A DNA stretch of 64,000 nt from Actinomycetota bacterium. Lineage in GTDB: Bacteria; Actinomycetota; Thermoleophilia; Solirubrobacterales; 70-9. Below the pieces are notes generated by a model. The model searched no databases, was not told the DNA's origin, and worked only from the letters and a program-made list of their open reading frames with translations. Where the stretch lies: the NCBI GenBank assembly GCA_046730475.1, contig JBKPIY010000005.1, forward strand, positions 5,187 through 69,186, written 5' to 3'. Below are positions 53,138 through 61,047 of this stretch, one piece after another; the stretch's first letter is position 1; every line of letters starts with the position of its first letter. The translations under genes were made by a program, and so were the position numbers.

Positions 53138-54542
53138 TCGCCCGGTCGGCGACCTGGCGGTGGTTCTGCACAGCCACATGCCCTACGTGGAGGGGTTCGG
53201 GACCTGGCCCTTCGGGGAGGAGTGGCTGTTCGAGGCGGTGGCGAGCTCGTACGTGCCCGTGCTCGGGGTCGCCGGGCGGCTGACGATGACCATCACCCCG
53301 GTGCTCGCGGACCAGCTCGAGGCCGAGGGGGTGGGCGAGCGGATGCTCGATTTCCTCCGCCGCTATCGGCTGGAGGCCGCCGAGGACGATGCCGCCGCCG
53401 TCGACGAGCCGTTGCAGGATGCCGCCGCCGCGCGGGTGGAGGGCTACCGGGCGGCGATCGCCCGGCTCGAGGCGGCGGGCGGGGGTGCCCTTCGCCTGTT
53501 CCGCGACACCGCGGCCGAGGGCCGGATCGCCCTGATGACCTCGGCCGCCACCCACGCCGTCCTCCCCAAGCTCGCCACCCGGGCGGGCAGGAGGCTTCAG
53601 ATCGACGCGGGGCTTCGCTCGCACGCGCGCCGGTTCGGCGAGGGGCGGGGCTTTTGGCTACCCGAATGCGCCTATGCCCCGGGCATCGAGTGGCTGCTCG
53701 AGGAGCGCGGGATCGCCTACACCTGCCTCGACCAGAGCGCGCTCGAGCCCGACGGCGCCGCCCTCGCTCCCGTCCGGCTGGCCGAGGGGTTGACCGCCTT
53801 CACGATCGACTGGGCGGTGGTCGAGCTCGTCTGGTCCGAGCGGGGGTATCCCTCCGACGACGCCTACCTCGACTACCACCGCCTGTCGGAGAACGGCACC
53901 AGGCTATGGTCGGTGGGGGGCGGGCCCTACCAGCCCGGCGCTGCGGCCGACCGGGCCGCCGAGCACGCCCACGCCTTCCTGGAGGCGGTTCGCGGCCGCC
54001 TGGAGCGATTCCGCGCCGAGCGGGGCCGTCCCGGCCTCTGCGCCTTCGCGATCGACACCGAGCTCCTCGGGCACTGGTGGGCGGAGGGCCCGCTGTGGCT
54101 GGCGGAGGTTCTGGCGGGGGCCGAAGAGGAGAGGGTCCGGCTGGTCACGCTGCCCGAGGCGCTTGCATGGCACCGGCCCGAGGAGCGGCCGGTGGCGGAG
54201 GCAAGCTGGGGGGCGGGGAAGACGCTCGAGACCTGGGACTCCCCGGATGTCGCCGACCTGGTCTGGGGGGCGCGCCGGGTCGAGCTCCGCCTGCTCCGTC
54301 GCCTCGGCGAGGGCGGCGTGGAGCCCGAGGCGGCCGAGCGCGCGGCCCGCGAGCTGCTCGCGGTCCAGGCGAGCGATTGGGCTTTCATGGACCATCGCGG
54401 CCAGGCCGGCGACTACCCCTACCGGCGGGCGACGAGCCACGCCGAGGCGCTGCTGGAGGCCATAGACTCCGCCGAGGCTCCGGACCGCCGCTTGCGAAAC
54501 CTGGCCCCCGACCTGAGTCTGGCGCCCCTGTTCGAGCCATGA
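53130..54542 (+). CDS. GH57-family 1,4-alpha-glucan branching enzyme-like protein (DUF1957-containing; Rv3031-like)
   Basis: LAVVLHSHMPYVEGFGTWPFGEEWLFEAVASSYVPVL, GFWLPECAY, C-terminal ...SDWAF... pattern. Confidence 0.85.
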   Translation: MPDRPVGDLAVVLHSHMPYVEGFGTWPFGEEWLFEAVASSYVPVLGVAGRLTMTITPVLADQLEAEGVGERMLDFLRRYRLEAAEDDAAAVDEPLQDAAAARVEGYRAAIARLEAAGGGALRLFRDTAAEGRIALMTSAATHAVLPKLATRAGRRLQIDAGLRSHARRFGEGRGFWLPECAYAPGIEWLLEERGIAYTCLDQSALEPDGAALAPVRLAEGLTAFTIDWAVVELVWSERGYPSDDAYLDYHRLSENGTRLWSVGGGPYQPGAAADRAAEHAHAFLEAVRGRLERFRAERGRPGLCAFAIDTELLGHWWAEGPLWLAEVLAGAEEERVRLVTLPEALAWHRPEERPVAEASWGAGKTLETWDSPDVADLVWGARRVELRLLRRLGEGGVEPEAAERAARELLAVQASDWAFMDHRGQAGDYPYRRATSHAEALLEAIDSAEAPDRRLRNLAPDLSLAPLFEP

Positions 54543-55738
54543 CTCGAGTCCTGATCCTCTCCTGGGAGTACCCCCCGCTGATCGAGGGCGGCCTGGCCCG
54601 GCACGTCCGCAAGCTCTCGGAGGGGCTCGTCGAGTGGGACGTCGAGGTCCACGTGCTCACCCGCGGCGGCGAGGAGTCGCCCCCCGAGGAGCTTCTCGCC
54701 GGGGTCTACATCCATCGGGTCCGCGAGCCGACCCGCCCCGCCGAGCTGAACGAGTTCGTTGCCTGGGTGGAGCGGATGAACTCCGACATGCTCGCCGCCG
54801 GGGTCGAGCTCGGGGATCGCCACCGATTCGACCTCGTCCACGGGCACGACTGGCTGGTCGCCAACGCCTGCGACCACCTCGCGAAGAGGTTCGAGGCGCC
54901 CCTGATCACCACCATCCACGCCACCGAGCACGGCCGCCACCAGGGCTGGGTCGACAAGCACCCCCAGTCCTACATCCACGGCGTCGAGCGGTGGATCACC
55001 CACCGCTCCGACCGGGTGATCGCCTGCTCCACCTTCATGCGCGAGCAGATCATGGACGTGTTCGGTGTTCCCCAGGTCTCGATCGAGGTGATCCCCAACG
55101 GGATCGACCCCGAAGACCTCCAGCCGTACGACTCCGACGAGCTCGACCGTCTCCGCCGGGAGTTCGCCTCGCCGACCGAGTCGCTCGTCCTCCTCGTCGG
55201 GCGCCGCGTCTACGAGAAGGGCTTCCAGGTCGCGCTCGAAGCGCTGCCGCGGATCATCGAGCGCCTCCCCAGCACCCGCTTCGTGGTCGCCGGCTCAGGC
55301 ACCCACGAGGCGGAGCTCCGGCTCCAGGCGAGGGAGCTGGGCCTGATGAACCACGGGACCTTCGTCGGCTGGATCGGCGACGACGTGCTCCACTCGCTCT
55401 ATCGGATTGCCGACGTCTGCGTGGTCCCGTCGATATACGAGCCCTTCGGCCTGGTCGCGCTCGAGGCGATGGCCTCGAGCTGCCCCTGCATCGTCGCCGA
55501 CACCGGCGGCCTCCGCGAGGTCGTGCCGCACGACGAGGTCGGGCTTCGGTTCCGGGCCCGCGACCCCGAGTCGCTCGCGGAGATGAGCGTGAGGATGCTC
55601 GCCGACGCGAAGCTCTGCCGCCGCCTCGTCACCGAGGCGGTCGAGCACCTCGAGCGGTTCGACTGGGCCGACGTCGCCGAGCGCACCGCGGCCGTCTACG
55701 ACGAGCTCCTGCCGGCCGCCAGGACCGCGGGCGGCTGA
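54539..55738 (+). CDS. GT4-family alpha-glucosyltransferase (glycogen-synthase-like; Rv3032-like)
   Basis: RVLILSWEYPPLIEGGLARHV, HGHDWL, EPFGLVALEAMASSCPCIVADTGGLREVV. ATGA overlap with the GH57 gene. Confidence 0.88.
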   Translation: MTRVLILSWEYPPLIEGGLARHVRKLSEGLVEWDVEVHVLTRGGEESPPEELLAGVYIHRVREPTRPAELNEFVAWVERMNSDMLAAGVELGDRHRFDLVHGHDWLVANACDHLAKRFEAPLITTIHATEHGRHQGWVDKHPQSYIHGVERWITHRSDRVIACSTFMREQIMDVFGVPQVSIEVIPNGIDPEDLQPYDSDELDRLRREFASPTESLVLLVGRRVYEKGFQVALEALPRIIERLPSTRFVVAGSGTHEAELRLQARELGLMNHGTFVGWIGDDVLHSLYRIADVCVVPSIYEPFGLVALEAMASSCPCIVADTGGLREVVPHDEVGLRFRARDPESLAEMSVRMLADAKLCRRLVTEAVEHLERFDWADVAERTAAVYDELLPAARTAGG

Positions 55739-55986
55739 TGTCGCCGCTGCCCGAGGGGAGGCGGGAGGTGAGGCCGTCCAAGGAGGCGATGGGGCGCCGC
55801 CGGCGGGCGAGCTTCGGCCCGGCTCTCAACGTCAGTGTCCCGATCTCCTTTGGCCTGCCCCTGCTCGCGGTCGGGCTCGCCCTGATCGCCGCCGCTCTCA
55901 CCACCGGGCTGATCCTCTTCTGGATCTTCGGCGGGATCGGCCTGGTCACGGGTGCGGCCCTGTTCGCCTCGGGGAAGCGGCTCTAA
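55738..55986 (+). CDS. small membrane protein translationally coupled to the GT4 gene
   Basis: TGATG overlap with the GT4 stop. 82 aa with two TM segments. Confidence 0.45.
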   Translation: MSPLPEGRREVRPSKEAMGRRRRASFGPALNVSVPISFGLPLLAVGLALIAAALTTGLILFWIFGGIGLVTGAALFASGKRL

Positions 55987-56007
55987 GCAGCTTTCGCAAG
56001 CATTTGC

Positions 56008-56685
56008 CTAGTCGGGCGGCCCGAGCGCCGCGTCCCTGCCCGGCTCGACCGGGCTCGGCCAGCGCAGCTGCGTCGGCGCCTCGCGGATCCGGATCACCTT
56101 CGCGGGCACGCCGCCCACCACGGCGTTGGCGGGCACGTCCCTGGTGACGACCGCGTTGGTGCCAACGATCGAGTTATCGCCCACCTGGACGCCGCGCAGG
56201 ACGCAGGCGCCGTAGCCGATCCACACGTTCGAGCCGACGATCGTCTCTCGCTTGTAGATCCCTTGCTGGCGGATCGGGCGCTCCACCTCGACCACGCCGT
56301 GGTCGAAGTCGATGAACATCGCCCGGTCGGCGATCACGCACTGTTCGCCGATTCGGACCCGCTTGTAGGCCGAGATCGTGCATTCCTGGCCGATCACCGT
56401 CTTCGAGCCGATCTCGACCACCCCCTCGTGGCAGCGGATCTTGGTCCCGTCGCCGATCCAGCACAGGCGCCCGAACCGGACCTCGCCGCGCTTTCCGATC
56501 TGGATCTGCAGACGCCTTCCGAAGAACACCAGTCCGTCCGTGCGCCAGCGCCAGCCGGCCTGGGTGAGCAGCCGCCGCCACGCATAGCGCCACGCCAGCC
56601 GGGCGTACTTCGGGGTGAGCATGCGGTTGCGCCGCAGGAAGCCGAGCAGCCTCATCGGCGGCGGATCATAGGTAGGGGTCGCCAC
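56008..56685 (-). CDS. left-handed beta-helix (hexapeptide-repeat) acyl/acetyltransferase (Rv3034c-like position)
   Basis: Hexapeptide repeats: IGSKTVIGQECTISA, IGEQCVIADRAMF, VGSNVWIGYGACVLRGVQVGDNSIVGTNAVV. Confidence 0.8.
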   Translation of the reverse strand: MATPTYDPPPMRLLGFLRRNRMLTPKYARLAWRYAWRRLLTQAGWRWRTDGLVFFGRRLQIQIGKRGEVRFGRLCWIGDGTKIRCHEGVVEIGSKTVIGQECTISAYKRVRIGEQCVIADRAMFIDFDHGVVEVERPIRQQGIYKRETIVGSNVWIGYGACVLRGVQVGDNSIVGTNAVVTRDVPANAVVGGVPAKVIRIREAPTQLRWPSPVEPGRDAALGPPD

Positions 56686-56699
56686 TAGACTCGACGCCC

Positions 56700-57668
56700 G
56701 TGGCGAAGGCCGCCGAGAAATCCGAGGCCCCGCTCGCCGAGCGGCTGCTCGCCGGGGACAAGCGCGCGCTCGCGCGTGCGATCACCCTGATCGAGAACGA
56801 CGACCCGGCGGGCTGGGAGCTGGTCCGCCAGGTGTTCCCGAAGACGGGGAGGGCTCGGATCGTGGGGCTGACCGGGCCGCCGGGGGTGGGGAAGAGCACC
56901 CTGATCGGCGCCCTCACCGCCGAGATGCGAAGGGCGGACCGCGACGTCGCCGTTCTCTCGATCGATCCCTCCAGCCCCTTCACCCGCGGCGCCCTGCTCG
57001 GCGACCGGATCCGCCTGTCCGAGCATTTCCTCGACAAGGGCGTCTTCATCCGCTCGATGGCGAGTCGGGGCGCCCTCGGCGGGCTCTCGGAGGCCACCCT
57101 CCAGGCTGCGCTTCTGATGGATGCCTCGGGCAAGGACGACGTCTTCATCGAGACCGTCGGGGTTGGCCAGGCGGAGATCGACATCGTCGACCACGGGGAC
57201 ACCATCGTCCTGGTGCTGATGCCAGGCTCGGGCGATTCGATCCAGGCGCTGAAGGCGGGGGTGATGGAGATCCCCGACGTGATCTGCGTGAACAAAGCCG
57301 ACCACCCGATGACCGACACGATGATCCGCGAGATCCGCGGGGTCCTCTCGCTGGGGCCCAAGGCCTCCTGGAGGGTCCCGATCATCCGCACCGAGGCGGC
57401 CAGGGGAGAAGGGGTCGCCGAGCTGGCCGAGAAGATCGGCGAGCATCGCGCCCACATCGAGGCGGAGGGCACCCTGGAGGAGCGGCGGGCGAGGAACCTG
57501 CGAAACGAGGTGCTCGAGATCGCCGCCTCGCGGATGCGGCGGCGCCTGGAGGCCGCCGTCGCCGAGGACCAGTCGGTCGCCGCCCTGCTCGACCGGGTGG
57601 TGAGCCGGGAGCTCGACCCCGCGAGCGCCGCCACCGAGCTGCTCCGCTCCCGGGACGGAGACGGCTGA
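56700..57668 (+). CDS. meaB: methylmalonyl-CoA-mutase-associated G3E GTPase MeaB/ArgK
   Basis: RALARAITLIEND, P-loop GLTGPPGVGKSTL, SIDPSSPFTRGALLGDRIR, ETVGVGQAE, VNKADH. Confidence 0.88.
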   Translation: MAKAAEKSEAPLAERLLAGDKRALARAITLIENDDPAGWELVRQVFPKTGRARIVGLTGPPGVGKSTLIGALTAEMRRADRDVAVLSIDPSSPFTRGALLGDRIRLSEHFLDKGVFIRSMASRGALGGLSEATLQAALLMDASGKDDVFIETVGVGQAEIDIVDHGDTIVLVLMPGSGDSIQALKAGVMEIPDVICVNKADHPMTDTMIREIRGVLSLGPKASWRVPIIRTEAARGEGVAELAEKIGEHRAHIEAEGTLEERRARNLRNEVLEIAASRMRRRLEAAVAEDQSVAALLDRVVSRELDPASAATELLRSRDGDG

Positions 57669-57696
57669 GGCGCCGCAGCGTCGGCCAAGACCGGGG

Positions 57697-58842
57697 CTAA
57701 CAGCCGAGCTGGCGAGCGATCACCATCTGCTGGACCTCGTCGGTCCCTTCGCCGATGGTGAGGATCTTGGCGTCACGGTAAAAGCGGCACACCGGGTACT
57801 CCTCGATGTAGCCGTAGCCGCCGTGGATCTGGACCGCCTCCTCGGTTGCGCGCACCGCCAGGCGGCCGGTGATCAGCTTCGCCTGGGCGGCGGTCATGGT
57901 GAACGGCTCGCCGCGCTCCTCCAGCGCCGCGGCGCGGTAGACGAGCAGCCTCGCCGCCTCGATCTGGGCCGAGAGGTCGGCGATCTTCGCCTGGATCGCC
58001 TGGTATTTGGAGATCGGCTGCCCGAACGCGCGGCGCTCCTTCGCGTAGGCGATCGCCTCGTCGAGGGCGCCCTGGGCGAGGCCGACCCCCATCGCCGAGA
58101 CGCCGATCCGGCCGCCGTCGAGGATCTGGAGGAACTGCTTGAAGCCCTCGCCCCGGCGCCCGAGGAGGTTCGACTCCGGCACCCGGCAGTCCTCGAAGCT
58201 GAGCGGCCGGGTGTCGGACGCGTTCCAGCCCATCTTCCGGTAGGGCTCGCCGGGCTCATAGCCGGGGGTGCCGTTGGGGACGATCAGGTTCGAGATCTCC
58301 TTGGTCCCGTTCCCGCCCCCCGTGACCGCGGTGATCGTCACGCAGCCCGAGATCTTCGTGCCCGAGTTGGTGATGAACTGCTTGGCGCCGTTCACGACCC
58401 ATTCCCCGTCCTCGAGCCGAGCGGTGGTGCGGGTGTTGCCGGCGTCCGAGCCGGCCTCGGGCTCCGTGAGACCGAAGGCGGCGAGCTTGCGCCCGCTGCA
58501 CAGCTCGGGCAGCCAGTCGTCCTTCTGGGCGTCCGTCCCCCATCGGTAGATCGGCATCGTCCCGAGCGACGTGTGGGCGGCCATCGTGATCGCCACCGAG
58601 GAGTCGACTCGGGTCATCTCCTCCACCGCCAAGGCGTAGGCGAGGGTGTCGGCGCCTCCGCCCCCGTACTCCTCCGGGAAGGGGATGCCCATCAGCCCAA
58701 GCTCGCCCATCCTCGCCACCAGCTCGTACGGGAAGCTCTTGGTGCGGTCGAGCTCCGCGGCGACGGGCGCCACCTCCTGGCGGGCGAAGTCGCGAACGGT
58801 GTCCCGCAGCAGCCGCTGCTCGTCGCTCAGCTCGAAGTCCAC
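57697..58842 (-). CDS. acyl-CoA dehydrogenase
   Basis: VDFELSDEQRLLRDTVRDFARQEVAP, GLTEPEAGSDA, QIHGGYGYIEEYPVCRFYRDAKILTIGEGT. GTG at 58842; the longest ORF reaches 58974. Confidence 0.9.
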   Translation of the reverse strand: MDFELSDEQRLLRDTVRDFARQEVAPVAAELDRTKSFPYELVARMGELGLMGIPFPEEYGGGGADTLAYALAVEEMTRVDSSVAITMAAHTSLGTMPIYRWGTDAQKDDWLPELCSGRKLAAFGLTEPEAGSDAGNTRTTARLEDGEWVVNGAKQFITNSGTKISGCVTITAVTGGGNGTKEISNLIVPNGTPGYEPGEPYRKMGWNASDTRPLSFEDCRVPESNLLGRRGEGFKQFLQILDGGRIGVSAMGVGLAQGALDEAIAYAKERRAFGQPISKYQAIQAKIADLSAQIEAARLLVYRAAALEERGEPFTMTAAQAKLITGRLAVRATEEAVQIHGGYGYIEEYPVCRFYRDAKILTIGEGTDEVQQMVIARQLGC

Positions 58843-58853
58843 GGGCGGGCAGT

Positions 58854-59327
58854 CTAGGTGGGGATCTCGGGCACCCGGGCGATGTCCTCGTGGTAGACGG
58901 CGCGCACGTCGCGGGGTCCGAGCGGCTCGGCGCACCGCTTGCAGATCCGATGCTCGTCGACCTCGCCCCCGCACTGCTTGTGGACGAGGACAGTCTGCGG
59001 CTCTCCCGCACGGTCAAGGTACTTGTCGCCCCACTGCAGGAGCGAGACGAGGACGGGCCACAGATCGAGGCCCTTCTCGGTGAGGAAGTACTCGTAGCGC
59101 TCGGGCTGCTCGCTGTAGGGGCGTCGCTCGAGGATCCCCTCGTCGACCAGCCGCTGGAGCCGGGCGGCGAGGACGTTCCGCGCCACCCCCATTGAGCGCT
59201 GCATCTGGCTGAACTTGCGCCTCCCGCTGAAGACGTCGCGGAGGATCAAGATCGTCCAACGTTCGCCGATCAGCTCGAGGGAGCCGGCGATCGAGCAGAC
59301 GGGGTCGTTGTAGTCACGGTGGAGCAT
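58854..59327 (-). CDS. HxlR-family transcriptional regulator
   Basis: CSIAGSLELIGERWTILILRDVFSGRRKFSQMQRSMGVARNVLAARLQRLVDEGILERRPYSEQPERYEYFLTEKG. ATG at 59327. Confidence 0.85.
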   Translation of the reverse strand: MLHRDYNDPVCSIAGSLELIGERWTILILRDVFSGRRKFSQMQRSMGVARNVLAARLQRLVDEGILERRPYSEQPERYEYFLTEKGLDLWPVLVSLLQWGDKYLDRAGEPQTVLVHKQCGGEVDEHRICKRCAEPLGPRDVRAVYHEDIARVPEIPT

Positions 59328-59369
59328 CGCCCTTGGCCTGCGGTCTCCTCTGTGATCTTGGCACACTCG

Positions 59370-59384
59370 GTTGCGTGATGCAAC
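59370..59384. promoter_or_regulatory. palindrome GTTGC-N5-GCAAC, copy 1 (candidate HxlR operator)
   Basis: GTTGCgtgatGCAAC in the hxlR/thioesterase divergent intergenic region. Confidence 0.45.
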
Positions 59385-59409
59385 TGACTCTGTTAGGGTC
59401 GCTCGCGTT

Positions 59410-59426
59410 GGTTGCATCAAGCAACC
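59410..59426. promoter_or_regulatory. palindrome GGTTGC-N5-GCAACC, copy 2 (candidate HxlR operator)
   Basis: GGTTGCatcaaGCAACC. Its centre lies 41 bp from copy 1. Confidence 0.45.
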
Positions 59427-59447
59427 GTTGTCGAGAAAGGAGGCGCG

Positions 59448-59597
59448 ATGAAGAAGCAGCGCAGACGCCGCCGGCCGGACCTCGGGCTCGACGGGCTCGA
59501 CCCGAAGCTGATCACGATCACCCCCGAGGAGATCCTCGCCGACCTCTTCTACCCGGCGGCCCCAGCCGCTCGGGGCGGCCCCTCGCGGCGCCCGTGA
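59448..59597 (+). CDS. small ORF (49 aa) with poly-Arg N-terminus, coupled to the thioesterase gene
   Basis: AAAGGAGG lies 4 nt before the ATG. MKKQRRRRRPDLGLDGLDPKLITITPEEILADLFYP.... Its stop overlaps the downstream GTG (GTGA). Confidence 0.35.
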   Translation: MKKQRRRRRPDLGLDGLDPKLITITPEEILADLFYPAAPAARGGPSRRP

Positions 59598-60178
59598 GCG
59601 CCGCCCGCGAGGGGGCGCCGCCGATCCGCGCGGTCGACTCGGCCCGGGCGGTCGGCGAGACCGCGCCGCACGGGACCCGCCGTCGCGAGATCGTCTGGCA
59701 GGACCCGATGGTCGCCTTCGAGGGCGCCGCTGGCAAGGACGGGATCGAGCTGATGGGGGAGCTGATGCGCGGCGATCTGCCGCCTCCCCCGATCGCGGTG
59801 GTTATGCGGATGACGGCGGCCGAGGTCGGGGTCGGGCACGCCGTTTTCGAGGGCGAGCCCGGGGAGGAGCACTACAACCCGATCGGGGCCGTCCACGGTG
59901 GCTACGCCTCCACGATTCTCGACTCGGCGCTCGGCTGCGCCGTTCATACCACGCTGCCGGCGGGCGCCGCCTACACGACCCTCACCCTCGAGGTGAAGTT
60001 CGTGCGCGCGATCACCCGCGACACCGGGCAGGTGCGAGCCGAGGCCGAGGTCGTCCACCGCGGCCGCCGCCAGGCGACGGCCGAGGGGCGGCTGATCGCC
60101 GCCGGATCGGGGAAGCTCCTCGCCCACGGCACCGCCACCTGCTTGATCCTCGGCGGCGAGGAGGCGGTGACACCTTAG
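59594..60178 (+). CDS. PaaI-family (hotdog) thioesterase
   Basis: HYNPIGAVHGGYASTILDSALGCAVHTTL...TLEVKFVRAI...VVHRGRRQATAEGRL. The start is uncertain (GTG 59594). Confidence 0.8.
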   Translation: MSAAREGAPPIRAVDSARAVGETAPHGTRRREIVWQDPMVAFEGAAGKDGIELMGELMRGDLPPPPIAVVMRMTAAEVGVGHAVFEGEPGEEHYNPIGAVHGGYASTILDSALGCAVHTTLPAGAAYTTLTLEVKFVRAITRDTGQVRAEAEVVHRGRRQATAEGRLIAAGSGKLLAHGTATCLILGGEEAVTP

Positions 60179-60203
60179 TGGCCGGGCCGTTACGGTTCGG
60201 GCG

Positions 60204-60423
60204 ATGGCGACAGAAGGCAGCGACGCCGCCACGGTGATCGCCTCCTACGAGGCGCTCAATCGGGCGACATCGAGGCCGCCATGTCGGCGCTGTCCGAGGA
60301 TGCGGAATGGCGCGAGAGCGAGGCGCGCTCCCGGACACCGGCGTCTACCGCGGTCGGGACTCGATCCGAGACCTTCCTCACCCACTTCCTCGAGCGCCGA
60401 TGAGGACGAAGGCGGCCCAGTAG
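60204..60423 (+). pseudogene. frameshifted remnant of a SnoaL/NTF2-like gene
   Basis: MATEGSDAATVIASYEALNR continues in the +1 frame as GDIEAAMSALSEDAEWRESEA, and in a third frame as LPDTGVYRGRDSIR. No frame gives a full-length domain. Confidence 0.35.
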
Positions 60424-60568
60424 AAAGCGCCGAGGGGCGGCCGCGGGGAGCGGCGGTCGGATCGTCCAGGAGAAGAAGTCGTTCGTCCGGGTCGCCCCGA
60501 CGAACATCGGCGTGATCGTAAAAGGCGGTCCCAGCTCCCTCCGCGACCGCCGTACGATCAGCCGGCCG

Positions 60569-61021
60569 ATGACCGAGTCCGACCGGCCAGCGGGATCCGA
60601 TCGTCGCGCCCGCACCCCGCAGGTGCGGCTCGGGAGGCTGGTCGAGAACGGGGTCGCGCCGAGCATCTTCGGTCTGATCGAGCGAGGGATCGCCCGCGAC
60701 CCGGACGCGGTCGGCGGAATGCGCGGCAGGGTGGTGTTCCGGTTCGCCGAGGAGTTCTCACCGCTCCGGGTGCGGTTCGGGCCGAGGGTGGTGCTGGTCG
60801 AGGACGGCGACGTGCGAAGTCCCGACCTCGCGATCACCGGCCGGCTGCCCGACATCGTCCACTTCGCCACCGTGCCCACCCTCGGCTGGCGCCTGAGCGG
60901 CGTCCCAAACCCGGTCGACGCCAGGGGGCGCGCGGCGCTGGGACGGCTCGCCAGCGGGCGGGTCCGGGTCGAAGGAAGCAGGGCGCTCGCCCGGAGGGTG
61001 ATCCGGCTGCTGGCGGTGTAA
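60569..61021 (+). CDS. SCP2 (sterol-carrier-like) domain protein
   Basis: GRVVFRFAEEFSPLRVRFGPRVVLVEDGD...PDLAITGRLPDIVHF...LASGRVRVEGSRALARRVIRLL. Confidence 0.55.
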   Translation: MTESDRPAGSDRRARTPQVRLGRLVENGVAPSIFGLIERGIARDPDAVGGMRGRVVFRFAEEFSPLRVRFGPRVVLVEDGDVRSPDLAITGRLPDIVHFATVPTLGWRLSGVPNPVDARGRAALGRLASGRVRVEGSRALARRVIRLLAV

Positions 61022-61047
61022 GGCAGCTGGCCGGCCGCCGGGGAGCG

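Noticed and set aside
53222-55738. 838-aa ORF spanning the GH57 and GT4 genes
   Set aside because: Only the last 399 codons (from MTRVLILSWEYPP) are GT4. The upstream part is an Arg/Gly-rich alternative frame of the GH57 gene.
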